Shown here: positions 29,826 through 39,485 of the stretch, one piece after another
Layout of the letters: each line of letters starts with the position of its first letter
How positions within the stretch are numbered: position 1 is the first letter of the stretch
DNA from: Bacteroidota bacterium
Lineage (GTDB): Bacteria; Bacteroidota; Bacteroidia; Palsa-965
DNA: 64,000 nt
Direction: 5' to 3'
NCBI GenBank assembly: GCA_021299855.1
Contig: JAJTEY010000001.1
Location: 29,521-93,520, forward strand
The notes under the pieces: generated by a model
Databases searched by the model: none
Told to the model about the DNA's origin: nothing
Seen by the model: only the letters and a program-made list of their open reading frames with translations
Position numbers and translations under genes: made by a program

Positions 29826-30380
29826 TTACATGCCGTCATCCTGCGCCGAATCATCGTTCAGGTACAAACCGATTAATCCTTCTGGCGTGTTGACATACAT
29901 TTTCTTTTCGGTGCGATCTACGCGTTGCAAAACGCCATCCGCAAGAGGCACCAATACTTCTTTATAACCGTTTTTAGCAATTACCACAGGCTGCATCAAA
30001 CGATCCATCACTTCACTAATGATACCAACAGGTCCGTATTGTGCATCAATCAGTTCAAAACCGCGCACTTCATGGAAATAAAAATGCTGATCATCCAGTT
30101 GCGGTAAAACACTTAACGGCAACCAGCACGTTGAACCAATGTATTCTTTGGCTGCAAAAAGTTCGTCGATGCCGTCAATTTTAACGGTCAACTGATCCTC
30201 GCGCAAGTGTGTTTTCGCAATGAAGAATGGAGTCAGTGCGCCGTTCACTTCCAGCAATACGGCATCTAATTTGGCGTAGCGTTGCGGATTGTCGGCATCC
30301 AGCTGAATAACGAGTTCTCCCTGAGTTCCAACGGTGCGTTTAACGTACCCGAGAATAAAATGATCTTCCTTTCGAAGCAT
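29826..30380 (-). CDS. rimM: 16S rRNA processing protein RimM
   Basis: RimM N-terminal pattern (ILGYVKRTVGTQGELVIQL), a PRC-barrel C-terminal domain, and a position downstream of rpsP. The likely start is the ATG at 30380. Confidence 0.75.
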   Translation of the reverse strand: MLRKEDHFILGYVKRTVGTQGELVIQLDADNPQRYAKLDAVLLEVNGALTPFFIAKTHLREDQLTVKIDGIDELFAAKEYIGSTCWLPLSVLPQLDDQHFYFHEVRGFELIDAQYGPVGIISEVMDRLMQPVVIAKNGYKEVLVPLADGVLQRVDRTEKKMYVNTPEGLIGLYLNDDSAQDDGM

Positions 30381-30451
30381 GTGCAAATGTACATGTAATG
30401 GTAAAAAAAAAGCCATCCTTGCGGACGGCTTTTGTATGCATAAAGCGGATA

Positions 30452-30973
30452 TTATCCGTTGTTCTCTGTGTTTTCTGCAGTTTCCTCAGCAGGAGCAGCA
30501 GTTTCTTCAGCAACCGGGTTTGCTTTAGCAGCAATCTTAGCAGCTTTAGCTTCTTTAGCAGCAGTTTCAGCTTTCAAACGAGCAGCAGCTTCAGACTTTT
30601 CAGCAGAGCTCAAACGGTCTTTTTTACCTTCGATTTTCGCTGATTTGTCCTCTAACCACTTCGCCAATTTTGCATCAGCTTGTTCCTGAGTCATTGCACC
30701 TTTTGCAACACCACGGTGCAAGTGGTAACGGTACATGATACCGCGGTAAGAAAGGATAGCACGGCACGTATCAGTTGGCTGTGCACCATTTTTCACCCAT
30801 TCAAAAGCGCGATCGAAATCGATATCGATCGTTGCAGGATTCGTGTTCGGATTGTAAGTGCCTATCTTCTCAATAAACTTCCCATCACGTGGGGCACGAC
30901 TGTCCGCTACAACGATGTGGAAGAAAGCATAACCTTTCTTACCGTGGCGCTGTAATCTAATTTTTGCAGGCAT
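30452..30973 (-). CDS. rpsP: 30S ribosomal protein S16 with a K/A/E-rich C-terminal extension
   Basis: MPAKIRLQRHGKKGYAFFHIVVADSRAPRDGKFIEKIGTYNP. The extended tail AKEAKAAKIAAKANPVAEETAAP is typical of Bacteroidota S16. Confidence 0.9.
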   Translation of the reverse strand: MPAKIRLQRHGKKGYAFFHIVVADSRAPRDGKFIEKIGTYNPNTNPATIDIDFDRAFEWVKNGAQPTDTCRAILSYRGIMYRYHLHRGVAKGAMTQEQADAKLAKWLEDKSAKIEGKKDRLSSAEKSEAAARLKAETAAKEAKAAKIAAKANPVAEETAAPAEETAENTENNG

Positions 30974-31177
30974 TGTCTAATTGTTTTTTGGTTAATAAAT
31001 TGGACGGCAAAAATAGACAAAATCCTGATTACTGCAACATTAGTAACAAAAAAGGTGCGTTTTTCGATCCCGAAATAGGTGAAAATCGCTTAACTACTCA
31101 TCTGCCCCATCAATTTGTAGTATCCGACCCAATGCGAAATGGTTAGTTTTGCCGAAAGTTTAATACTAAAACTTACC

Positions 31178-31909
31178 ATGAAAATCGCCTTAATCGGTTA
31201 CGGGAAAATGGGTAAAACCATTGAAAACATTGCTAATTCCCGCGGCCATGAAATCGTACTGAAAATCACTTCGTCCAATGCCGGCGATTTAAACGTTTCC
31301 AACGTGCAAAAAGCGGATGTGGCGATTGAATTTTCCCGTCCCGATCTGGTACTGAATCACCTCGAAATATGCAGAAATGCGGAAATTCCTGTGGTTTGTG
31401 GCACAACGGGGTGGATAAAAGAATTGGCCAATGAGCAAGAAAAGTTCAACGCAATAGGAGCATTATTTTATGCTTCTAACTTTAGTCTCGGCGTGAATAT
31501 TTTCTTTCAGATTAACAAACAGTTAGCACGAATGATGGCCGCGCACAGTGATTACATCGCCATGATGGAAGAAATTCATCACATACATAAACTCGATTCT
31601 CCGTCGGGAACAGGAATTACGCTGGCGCAAGGCATTATTGGTGAACATCCGAACTACCAAGCCTATCACGATTATCCGAATCAATTGGAAGGCGAAGTTC
31701 CGGAACATACACTGCCTATTGTTTCCAAACGAATTGGTGAAGTGCCGGGAACACATAGCATTCGCTGGGAATCGCCGGTGGACCAAATCACCATTACTCA
31801 CGAAGCTTTCGGCCGACAAGGGTTTGCTTTGGGTGCAGTTATTGCTGCTGAATGGATGAAAGACAAAAAAGGCGTTTACGGAATGGAGGATTTACTCCGC
31901 TTATCCTGA
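31178..31909 (+). CDS. dapB: 4-hydroxy-tetrahydrodipicolinate reductase
   Basis: MKIALIGYGKMGK NAD-binding N-terminus. DapB core (EFSRPD, VVCGTTGW, HHIHKLDSPSGT). Confidence 0.85.
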   Translation: MKIALIGYGKMGKTIENIANSRGHEIVLKITSSNAGDLNVSNVQKADVAIEFSRPDLVLNHLEICRNAEIPVVCGTTGWIKELANEQEKFNAIGALFYASNFSLGVNIFFQINKQLARMMAAHSDYIAMMEEIHHIHKLDSPSGTGITLAQGIIGEHPNYQAYHDYPNQLEGEVPEHTLPIVSKRIGEVPGTHSIRWESPVDQITITHEAFGRQGFALGAVIAAEWMKDKKGVYGMEDLLRLS

Positions 31910-31990
31910 AACCTGCGCGCTTAACCATAATTAACGAAGAATGCACCAAAAACCGCGTATCTTTCCGCACAAATAACAACGTATTTATAC

Positions 31991-33613
31991 ATGAGTTGGT
32001 TTCTTTTATTCAGCATCTTACCCGCACTCGCCGGACTTTATAAAATTTTTGAAAAGGCGGGAATTCCGGGATGGAAAGCGCTGGTTCCTGTGTACAATTT
32101 TGTGGTTTGGATAAAATTGGTGAAAGCCCCGTGGTGGTGGATTTTCCTGGTAATTATCCCTACGGTAGGATTCTTCATGCTAGCGATATTAATCGTGATG
32201 TTGTCCAATCATTTAGGAAAAAGAAAATTCACCGATCACGTTTTTGCGGTGTTGGGCTATTTCATTTGGTTACCGATGAACGGATTTTCCAAAGAAGTAA
32301 AATGGGTTGGACCACCACCCGAAGTGAAGGACAAACCAATGGTGAAAGAATGGGGCGAAGCAATAGTGTTTGCAGTAGTTGCAGCAACATTGATACGTAC
32401 ATTTTTCTTTGAGGCTTTCGTCATTCCGACCTCATCCATGGAAGGTTCGTTGTTAGTAGGCGATTATCTTTTCGTAAGCAAAATGTCGTATGGTCCGAAA
32501 GTGCCGTCAATGCCTCTGACTGTACCGTTTACACACAATACACTTCCGGTAATTGATGATAAAAAATCATATGTGGATTGGGTAGAATTGCCTTATCTGC
32601 GCTTACCGGGTTTTGGAAAAGTAGAACGCAATGATATTGTAGTGTTCAATTTTCCTGAAGGTGATACGGTGTATAAAAGCGCGCGTGATCAAAGTTATTA
32701 TGCTGTAATTCGCAATCAGTCGTTAGAAAGCGGCGTGCCGGAAAGTGAAATTCGCAAACGTTTAATTGATAACGATGAATTATTGGTTCATCCGATCGAT
32801 AAAGAAGACAATTACGTAAAACGCTGTGTGGCTATTGCAGGCGATGAATTTCAGATCATCAACAATCAATTAAAAGTAAATGGTCAACCGGCCTACGAAC
32901 CGAAAGAACTACAATTCAGTTATTTCCTAAGTCAGGCTGTAAATACAGATGAATTGGGCGCAATGGGCATTGAGGCTTATGCAACGATGAACGGTATTAT
33001 TGCGATGTTAAGCAAACGAGAAATTGAGATGCTGATTAAACGTGGCATTAACTGTTTCCCGCTTACCGATAGTGTGCGTGGAAATGCACCTGTTGAACCT
33101 AAAGATTTTGCGTTATTCCCGCATCAACCTCAAAACTTCCGCTGGACACGTGACAATTACGGCCCTGTTCGTGTTCCGAAAAAAGGTGCGACAGTTCAGC
33201 TGACTGTTGATACGTTGCCATTGTACGAGCGCATTATCCGTGTGTACGAAGGAAATACATTGGAAGTGAAAAACGGAGTAATTTTAATTAATGGACAACC
33301 TTCAACTTCGTATACTTTTAAACAAGATTATTATTTTATGATGGGTGATAACCGTCACAATTCGTTGGACTCTCGTTACTGGGGTTTTGTGCCGGAAACG
33401 CACATTGTTGGAAAACCGGTATTCATCTGGAATTCGCGAAGTCAGTATATAGGTTTCCGAACCGAACGAATGATGACGTTGGTGAACAAAGAAGGTTTGT
33501 CCAAATCGTATTTATGGTTTGTACTCTTCGGAATTGCTGCATCAATCGGCTATTCGCAATGGAAAAGTCGCAAGAAGAAAACAGTAAAACCGGGATTGAA
33601 ACCGCGTAAATAA
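31991..33613 (+). CDS. lepB: signal peptidase I with an additional ~110-aa N-terminal membrane module
   Basis: S26 catalytic boxes SSMEGSLLVGDYLFVSK (the Ser/Lys dyad) and MMGDNRHNSLDSRYWGFVPETHIVGKPVFIW. N-terminal extension with KAGIPGWKALVPVYNFVVWIKLVKAPWWW. Confidence 0.8.
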   Translation: MSWFLLFSILPALAGLYKIFEKAGIPGWKALVPVYNFVVWIKLVKAPWWWIFLVIIPTVGFFMLAILIVMLSNHLGKRKFTDHVFAVLGYFIWLPMNGFSKEVKWVGPPPEVKDKPMVKEWGEAIVFAVVAATLIRTFFFEAFVIPTSSMEGSLLVGDYLFVSKMSYGPKVPSMPLTVPFTHNTLPVIDDKKSYVDWVELPYLRLPGFGKVERNDIVVFNFPEGDTVYKSARDQSYYAVIRNQSLESGVPESEIRKRLIDNDELLVHPIDKEDNYVKRCVAIAGDEFQIINNQLKVNGQPAYEPKELQFSYFLSQAVNTDELGAMGIEAYATMNGIIAMLSKREIEMLIKRGINCFPLTDSVRGNAPVEPKDFALFPHQPQNFRWTRDNYGPVRVPKKGATVQLTVDTLPLYERIIRVYEGNTLEVKNGVILINGQPSTSYTFKQDYYFMMGDNRHNSLDSRYWGFVPETHIVGKPVFIWNSRSQYIGFRTERMMTLVNKEGLSKSYLWFVLFGIAASIGYSQWKSRKKKTVKPGLKPRK

Positions 33614-33617
33614 TTCC

Positions 33618-34814
33618 ATGGAAGATCCGCAAGTTCCGGAACTTAATCACGATAACAATCGGGATGATGCAACACGTGAACAACACGAGTTGGATCAGGT
33701 GCAGGATGCTGCGGAAATGAACGAAGTAGTTCCTGTAGTTCCGAAAAAGCGCAAACCCATTTGGAGAGAATGGTTGGAGGCATTGGCATTTGCGTTCATC
33801 GGAGTGCTGATATTAAAAACATTCTTTTTCGAGCCCTTTGCCATTCCTTCCGACAGTATGGAAAAATCCTTGCTGGCAGGAGATTATGTGGTGGTGAACA
33901 AATTGGCATACGGAGCGCGAATTCCGATGACGCCATTAAGTATTCCGTTCTCGCATCAGGATGTATTGGGGCTAAAAGCATATACCACGTGGTTTACGCT
34001 TCCTTACATGCGTGTGCCCGGATACAGCGATGTGAAACGTAATGATATCATCGTATTTAACTTTCCTGCTGAAGAAGAGTTTCCCATTGAAGGACATACT
34101 GCCGAGCATCCGCCGGATCATAAAACTCATTTTATTAAACGTTGTATCGGACTGCCGGGTGATACACTGCAACTCGTGGATGGAGAAGTCATGATCAATG
34201 GGAAAGCCGTTGAAAGTCCGTCCCTGGCTATGTTCGGCTACACCATTAAAATTGACAGTGCGAAACGGGACAGCCTAAATCTGGATCAAATTGGAATGGC
34301 GCGGGAAAGTTATCAGGGACGAAACATGATGATTTCTGTTTCCATGATGAAATTAACAGCAGATAGTATTCGACGATTGCCATTTGTTATTTCGGTTGAT
34401 CGTGAACTTTCCAAATCGGGAGCTCACGATGATCAATTGCATCCGCGAAACGAAATTTTCCCCTGGAATCTGGATCAATACGGACCACTCATTGTTCCGA
34501 AAGAAGGCATGACGGTTTCCTTGCATCCGGATACGTTATCGCTGTATGAGGACATTATTGTAAATTACGAACATCATAAACTGGAAGTCATCGGAGACTC
34601 GGTATATATTGATGATAAGCTCACGAAAAACTATACGTTTACGATGAACTATTATTTCGTTATGGGCGACAATCGTCACTACTCCATGGATTCCAGGTAT
34701 TGGGGCTTTGTGCCGGAAGATCACATCGTAGGAAGAGCGAGTCTGATATTGTTTTCGTACGATAAAAAAGAAGGCGGCGTTCGTTGGGGCCGCATGTTCA
34801 GCGCCATACAATGA
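33618..34814 (+). CDS. lepB: signal peptidase I (second copy)
   Basis: SDSMEKSLLAGDYVVVNK and VMGDNRHYSMDSRYWGFVPEDHIVGRASL. Confidence 0.8.
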   Translation: MEDPQVPELNHDNNRDDATREQHELDQVQDAAEMNEVVPVVPKKRKPIWREWLEALAFAFIGVLILKTFFFEPFAIPSDSMEKSLLAGDYVVVNKLAYGARIPMTPLSIPFSHQDVLGLKAYTTWFTLPYMRVPGYSDVKRNDIIVFNFPAEEEFPIEGHTAEHPPDHKTHFIKRCIGLPGDTLQLVDGEVMINGKAVESPSLAMFGYTIKIDSAKRDSLNLDQIGMARESYQGRNMMISVSMMKLTADSIRRLPFVISVDRELSKSGAHDDQLHPRNEIFPWNLDQYGPLIVPKEGMTVSLHPDTLSLYEDIIVNYEHHKLEVIGDSVYIDDKLTKNYTFTMNYYFVMGDNRHYSMDSRYWGFVPEDHIVGRASLILFSYDKKEGGVRWGRMFSAIQ

Positions 34815-35596
34815 ACGAGATCGTCGCACAATTTTCTGACCTGAATTTTATATTGCTCTTGCTGGCTGCATTTGTAGCGGGTTTCATCGATTCCATTGTA
34901 GGCGGCGGCGGACTCATTCAATTGCCCGCATTTTTTCTGGCATTTCCAACGCTTCCCGTAGCAACTGTTTTAGGTTCCAATAAGTTTGCTGCATTTTTAG
35001 GCACATCTGCTGCAACCGTTCAGTATTTGCGTAAAACAGAAGTCAATTATAAAGCCACTTTACCGGCAATAGTAACCGCGCTTATATTTTCAGTTTTGGG
35101 TGCGAAACTGATTTTGTGGTTTGATAAAGAACTCATCAAACCGGTGATTCTTGTATTATTAATTGCGGTTGCGTTGTACACGTTTTTCAGAAAACAAAGC
35201 GGTATAACAACTTCAACACCGCGAATAAAATATGTCATTCCGCTTTCGTTGCTTACAGGAGCGGTGCTGGGTTTGTACGATGGCTTTTTCGGTCCCGGAA
35301 CAGGCACATTTCTAATTATCATTTTCGTTTCCGTGTTTCAACTCAATTTCATGCATGCTGCAGTAAGTGCGAAATTGGTGAATGTGGCAACCAACTTTGC
35401 GGCGCTTGCTCTGTTCATGTACAATGGCGTTATTCGCTTCGACATTGCAATTCCGTTAGCAGTACTTAATATTACAGGATCATTGCTGGGCGCGCGTCTG
35501 GCATTGAAAAAAGGAAGCGAATTCATACGTATTTTGTTCTTAGTCATCGTAACGCTGATGATTCTTCGTTTTGCTTACGACGTATTATTCTCATGA
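34811..35596 (+). CDS. TauE/SafE (DUF81) family membrane transporter
   Basis: Duplicated 4-TM repeats with G-rich motifs, FIDSIVGGGGLIQLPAF and GFFGPGTGTFLII. Confidence 0.75.
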   Translation: MNEIVAQFSDLNFILLLLAAFVAGFIDSIVGGGGLIQLPAFFLAFPTLPVATVLGSNKFAAFLGTSAATVQYLRKTEVNYKATLPAIVTALIFSVLGAKLILWFDKELIKPVILVLLIAVALYTFFRKQSGITTSTPRIKYVIPLSLLTGAVLGLYDGFFGPGTGTFLIIIFVSVFQLNFMHAAVSAKLVNVATNFAALALFMYNGVIRFDIAIPLAVLNITGSLLGARLALKKGSEFIRILFLVIVTLMILRFAYDVLFS

Positions 35597-36207
35597 TTGC
35601 GACAACTCCTCTCCCACTTTGTTATTTGCCGCCGACAATTTGGTTTCGACAGACTCTGCAACAAGAACATGTTGTTGTTGATTTAAATGAAAATTTCATC
35701 AAGCAAACGTGGAGAAATCGCGTTCAAATTGTTGGTGCCAATGGTGTTCAAAATTTGATAATTCCTGTGGTGCATGATCGTGATGCACGCGCTATCGGCA
35801 ACATACGAATTGAATACAAAGACGACTGGCGCCGCCAACACCGTCATGCCATTCAATCCGCATATGCCAATACGCCCTTTTTCGAATATTATAGCGAATC
35901 GCTTTTTGCGTTTTATGAAGGCAACCGCTTCGAGTTGCTAAGCCAATTTAACCTCGCTATAGCTCATTGGTGTTTCAAAATGCTAAAAATACCGGTCAAC
36001 ATTAGTAAAACCGAAGACTTTGTTCCTTATTCAGAAAACGATTTTCGACAGCTTATCTCTCCAAAATCGAATTGGCCTCAGCAGCAGCAATACAAACGAT
36101 ATATCCAACCATTCGAACATAAATTCGGTTTTGTGCCCAATTGCAGCATTATTGATGCACTATTTTGTTGTGGCCCCGAAACAATAAAAAGTTTAAGTTC
36201 GCTGTAA
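35593..36207 (+). CDS. WbqC-like family protein
   Basis: N-terminal region (CYLPPTIWFRQTLQQEHVVVDLNENFIKQTWRNRVQI) matches the WbqC-like family common in Bacteroidota. From memory. Confidence 0.55.
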   Translation: MIATTPLPLCYLPPTIWFRQTLQQEHVVVDLNENFIKQTWRNRVQIVGANGVQNLIIPVVHDRDARAIGNIRIEYKDDWRRQHRHAIQSAYANTPFFEYYSESLFAFYEGNRFELLSQFNLAIAHWCFKMLKIPVNISKTEDFVPYSENDFRQLISPKSNWPQQQQYKRYIQPFEHKFGFVPNCSIIDALFCCGPETIKSLSSL

Positions 36208-36238
36208 CTTTTTGGTACTTCAACCGTCTTTGTGGCGT

Positions 36239-38539
36239 ATGATCCGGACGACCCTGCTATTTATTCTTATTGCGCTGGCTATCACGAGTCAAATAAATGC
36301 GCAACAACTCTTCACCTTAAGCGGCACGGTAGCAGATTCCACAAACGGAGAAAGTCTGCTTGGAGCGGTAGTCTCTGTACAACGAACCGGTAAAGGAATG
36401 GCCACCAACGAATATGGCTTTTATTCGATTAGTTTACCTCCCGGAAATTATAAAGTCGCGGTACAATTTACGGGCTATAAATCCAAGGTTTACGATGTAC
36501 AGCTGAACGGAAACACCACGTTGAACATTAAAATTTCGAACAGCAGTGCACAGATGAAAGAAGTGGTGATTACCGCAGACAAAGACAAGAATGCGGAACA
36601 GATTACGTCTACACAAATGAGTGCCGTGAATATTCCGATCGAAAAAATACGTTACGTACCAACTATCGGCGGGGAAACGGATGTGATCAAGGTAATGCAG
36701 TTAATGCCCGGTGTAAAACGCGGTGGCGAAGGACAGAATACGATGCTCGTGCGTGGCGGTACGGGAGATGATAACTTGATTTTATTGGATGAAGCGGTCG
36801 TTTACAATGTATCTCACTTGTTCGGATTCTTTTCAGTATTCAACAATGATGCACTGAAAGACGTCACGATGATCAAAGGTGGATTTCCGGCGCAATACGG
36901 TGGGCGTTTATCGAGTGTGATGGATATTCGCATGAAAGATGGCGATATGAAAAATTACCACGCTGAAGGCGGTATTGGCTTGTTGTCATCGCATTTAACC
37001 ATTCAAGGTCCTATCATCAAAGACACGTGCAGCTTCATCTTATCCGGACGTCGTTCATACATCGATCGTGTATTCAAGCTAGTAAACGGACAAGATATTC
37101 TACCGTATTACTTTTATGATGCAACACTAAAAGTGAATTATATCCTGAACGATAAGAATCGTTTTTATGTGAGTGCTTACACCGGTGATGATGTTTTATC
37201 ACCACCCAAAACAGAAGAAGGATTATTTGAGGGAGGATTTCGCTTAGGGAATTTCACTACTACAGCCCGCTGGAACCACCTGCACAGTCAAAAACTATTT
37301 TCCAACTTATCTCTTATACATACCCGCTTTCGTTACGATGTGGAAGCGAATATTCCCGGCAATTCTTTTTTGGCAAAATCACGTATTGCTGATTACGGTG
37401 TGAAATATGACTTCAGTTATTTTAGAAATCCTGATAGTAAAATTCGTTTCGGATTTATGGGCACCCTTCACGGTTTCCGCCCAAATGTTGTCAATACAGC
37501 CGGTGAAATTTCCGAGTTTATTCGTTCGCGCGAAGGGCAACTCATGCTCAATTTTGAAACCGGCGTGTACATTCAGCACGATCATCAGATTACGGAACGC
37601 TGGAATTTGGCATATGGCTTTCGACAGTCGTTTCTAATTGCGAAAGGAGCAACATACACCTCACCGGAACCTCGTCTTGCGGCGACATTCATTATTGATG
37701 AGAAGAATTCCATTAAAGCCAGTTATGCACGCATGACACAATATGTGCATTTGGTTTCCAGTTCGGCTATTGCATTACCTACCGACTTATGGTATCCGGT
37801 CACTAAACGAACTAAGCCATTACATTCTAATCAAGTTGCGGTTGGATTCAATCACAATTTTCCAAAAGCAAAAACCATTGTAACCATTGAAGGTTATTAC
37901 AAGCACATGCGTAACTTAATTGAATATCGGGAAGGTGCTGTTTTAGTTTTAAATGATAATTACGAGGATGAATTGGTTGCGGGAACCGGACAGAGTTACG
38001 GCACTGAGTTGTTCATTCACAAAACTGATGGGCGCATCACAGGATGGATTGGCTATACACTTGCCTGGACTACACGTCAGTTTGACGAGTTAAACGGAGG
38101 AAAGCCTTTTTATGCGCGTTATGATCGTCGTCACGATTTGAGTATTGTAGCAACCGGAGAAATTACCAAGCGTTTCTTAGTATCGGCGGTTTGGGTGTAT
38201 TCCACCGGGCAACGATTTACACCTGTCATCGGATATTTTGCAATGCCCAATTCTTCAAACACAAACATTAACACACTTCCGATTTATGGGGAACGTAATG
38301 GCACTGTTTTACCATCCGCGCATCGTCTCGACATCAGCTTCATCATTAAATCAAAAGATCAAACTACTCGTAAATGGCTGAAATGGCAAGGTGAATGGAG
38401 CTTTGGATTCTACAATTTCTACAATCGTGCGCAGCCGTATCGTATTGAAGTTGTTCAAACCGACTCCGGTAATTTTAAATATGTTTCACGCGGGCTTTTT
38501 GGAACAATTCCATTTTTCGCCTACACTTTCAGATATTAA
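36239..38539 (+). CDS. TonB-dependent outer-membrane receptor with an N-terminal carboxypeptidase-regulatory-like domain
   Basis: Signal peptide. CarbopepD_reg-like segment (FTLSGTVADSTNGESLLGAVVSV...GFYSISLPPGNYKVAV). Plug domain (PGVKRGGEGQNTMLVRGGTGDDNLILLDEAVVYNVSHLFGFFSVFN). C-terminal beta-barrel ending with an aromatic residue. Confidence 0.8.
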   Translation: MIRTTLLFILIALAITSQINAQQLFTLSGTVADSTNGESLLGAVVSVQRTGKGMATNEYGFYSISLPPGNYKVAVQFTGYKSKVYDVQLNGNTTLNIKISNSSAQMKEVVITADKDKNAEQITSTQMSAVNIPIEKIRYVPTIGGETDVIKVMQLMPGVKRGGEGQNTMLVRGGTGDDNLILLDEAVVYNVSHLFGFFSVFNNDALKDVTMIKGGFPAQYGGRLSSVMDIRMKDGDMKNYHAEGGIGLLSSHLTIQGPIIKDTCSFILSGRRSYIDRVFKLVNGQDILPYYFYDATLKVNYILNDKNRFYVSAYTGDDVLSPPKTEEGLFEGGFRLGNFTTTARWNHLHSQKLFSNLSLIHTRFRYDVEANIPGNSFLAKSRIADYGVKYDFSYFRNPDSKIRFGFMGTLHGFRPNVVNTAGEISEFIRSREGQLMLNFETGVYIQHDHQITERWNLAYGFRQSFLIAKGATYTSPEPRLAATFIIDEKNSIKASYARMTQYVHLVSSSAIALPTDLWYPVTKRTKPLHSNQVAVGFNHNFPKAKTIVTIEGYYKHMRNLIEYREGAVLVLNDNYEDELVAGTGQSYGTELFIHKTDGRITGWIGYTLAWTTRQFDELNGGKPFYARYDRRHDLSIVATGEITKRFLVSAVWVYSTGQRFTPVIGYFAMPNSSNTNINTLPIYGERNGTVLPSAHRLDISFIIKSKDQTTRKWLKWQGEWSFGFYNFYNRAQPYRIEVVQTDSGNFKYVSRGLFGTIPFFAYTFRY

Positions 38540-38542
38540 ACT

Positions 38543-39415
38543 ATGAAATATGTATACTATTTCTTTATCACTTTAAGCTGCACCATCACTGCGTGCTTAC
38601 CTCCACCGATTGATGTGGATGTGGAACCTGCTCCTCCTCGCTTGTGCATTGCTTCCCAAGTATTCGGCAATAGTGGAATTTTAGTGGGCCTTACACGCAG
38701 CTATAGTCCTTTGGAAGGTTCTGTTAATGATGACAGTACCGGGCAAGATTTACTCGAACGTTTGCTGGTAGAAAATGCAGTTGTTACAGTTGATTATAGC
38801 GGAGGAACAGATACTTTATATCAAATTGCCCCGGGTATTTATACCAGTATCGTAACTACATTAAATGCCGGTGAAACATACACGATTCGTGCTTATGATC
38901 CCGCCTATAATTTGAACGTTTGGGCAGCTACAACAATGCAGTCGCAAATGGAATTTGATACGTTATATCCGGTAATTACAAGAGGTACTCAGGATACAAT
39001 AGTTAGCTTTAAGTTTAAACTTCTTGATAATGTCAATTCAAACAATTACTACGTTGTAAACTTCGTTAAGAAAGTTCAGGGAGATAGTACGTTTGACATT
39101 AACAACATCTTTGCAGCCGGATCTAATGAAGTTCTGACCGAATTTGAATTGTACGATGACCGTTCGTTTGAAAACGGCGTCCTGAATAAAGAAATTCGTA
39201 TATTCTCTGCTCATCACACGGATACCGTAGCAGTAGTCGTTTCTGAAATTACACAAGGTTACTACGAATTTCTGACGGCGTTTAAGCGTTCTAGTTCCGT
39301 GTTCAATCAGCTTACCGGGGAACCGATTAATTATCCGTCAAATGTCAACGGAGGACACGGTTATTTCACGATGCACCGCATGAATGCAACCGTTTTCGAT
39401 CTGAATCAATACTAA
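38543..39415 (+). CDS. DUF4249-family lipoprotein (a typical partner of CarbopepD-type TonB receptors)
   Basis: Lipobox LSCTITAC. 290 aa. It sits directly downstream (3-nt gap) of the TonB-dependent receptor, as is usual for DUF4249. Confidence 0.55.
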   Translation: MKYVYYFFITLSCTITACLPPPIDVDVEPAPPRLCIASQVFGNSGILVGLTRSYSPLEGSVNDDSTGQDLLERLLVENAVVTVDYSGGTDTLYQIAPGIYTSIVTTLNAGETYTIRAYDPAYNLNVWAATTMQSQMEFDTLYPVITRGTQDTIVSFKFKLLDNVNSNNYYVVNFVKKVQGDSTFDINNIFAAGSNEVLTEFELYDDRSFENGVLNKEIRIFSAHHTDTVAVVVSEITQGYYEFLTAFKRSSSVFNQLTGEPINYPSNVNGGHGYFTMHRMNATVFDLNQY

Positions 39416-39485
39416 AAGAAACCGATTCAATTCTTGCATCTTCGCTCGGGATAGTCGATTATTGTAATACACTAATTCTCTATCC

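Noticed and set aside
30398-30689. Plus-strand ORFs (81 aa, 76 aa) opposite the rpsP C-terminal tail
   Set aside because: They are antisense artefacts of the Ala/Lys/Glu-rich S16 extension.
30964-31146. 60-aa ORF in the rpsP/dapB divergent intergenic region
   Set aside because: It is short, has no RBS or homology signal, and lies in a divergent promoter region.
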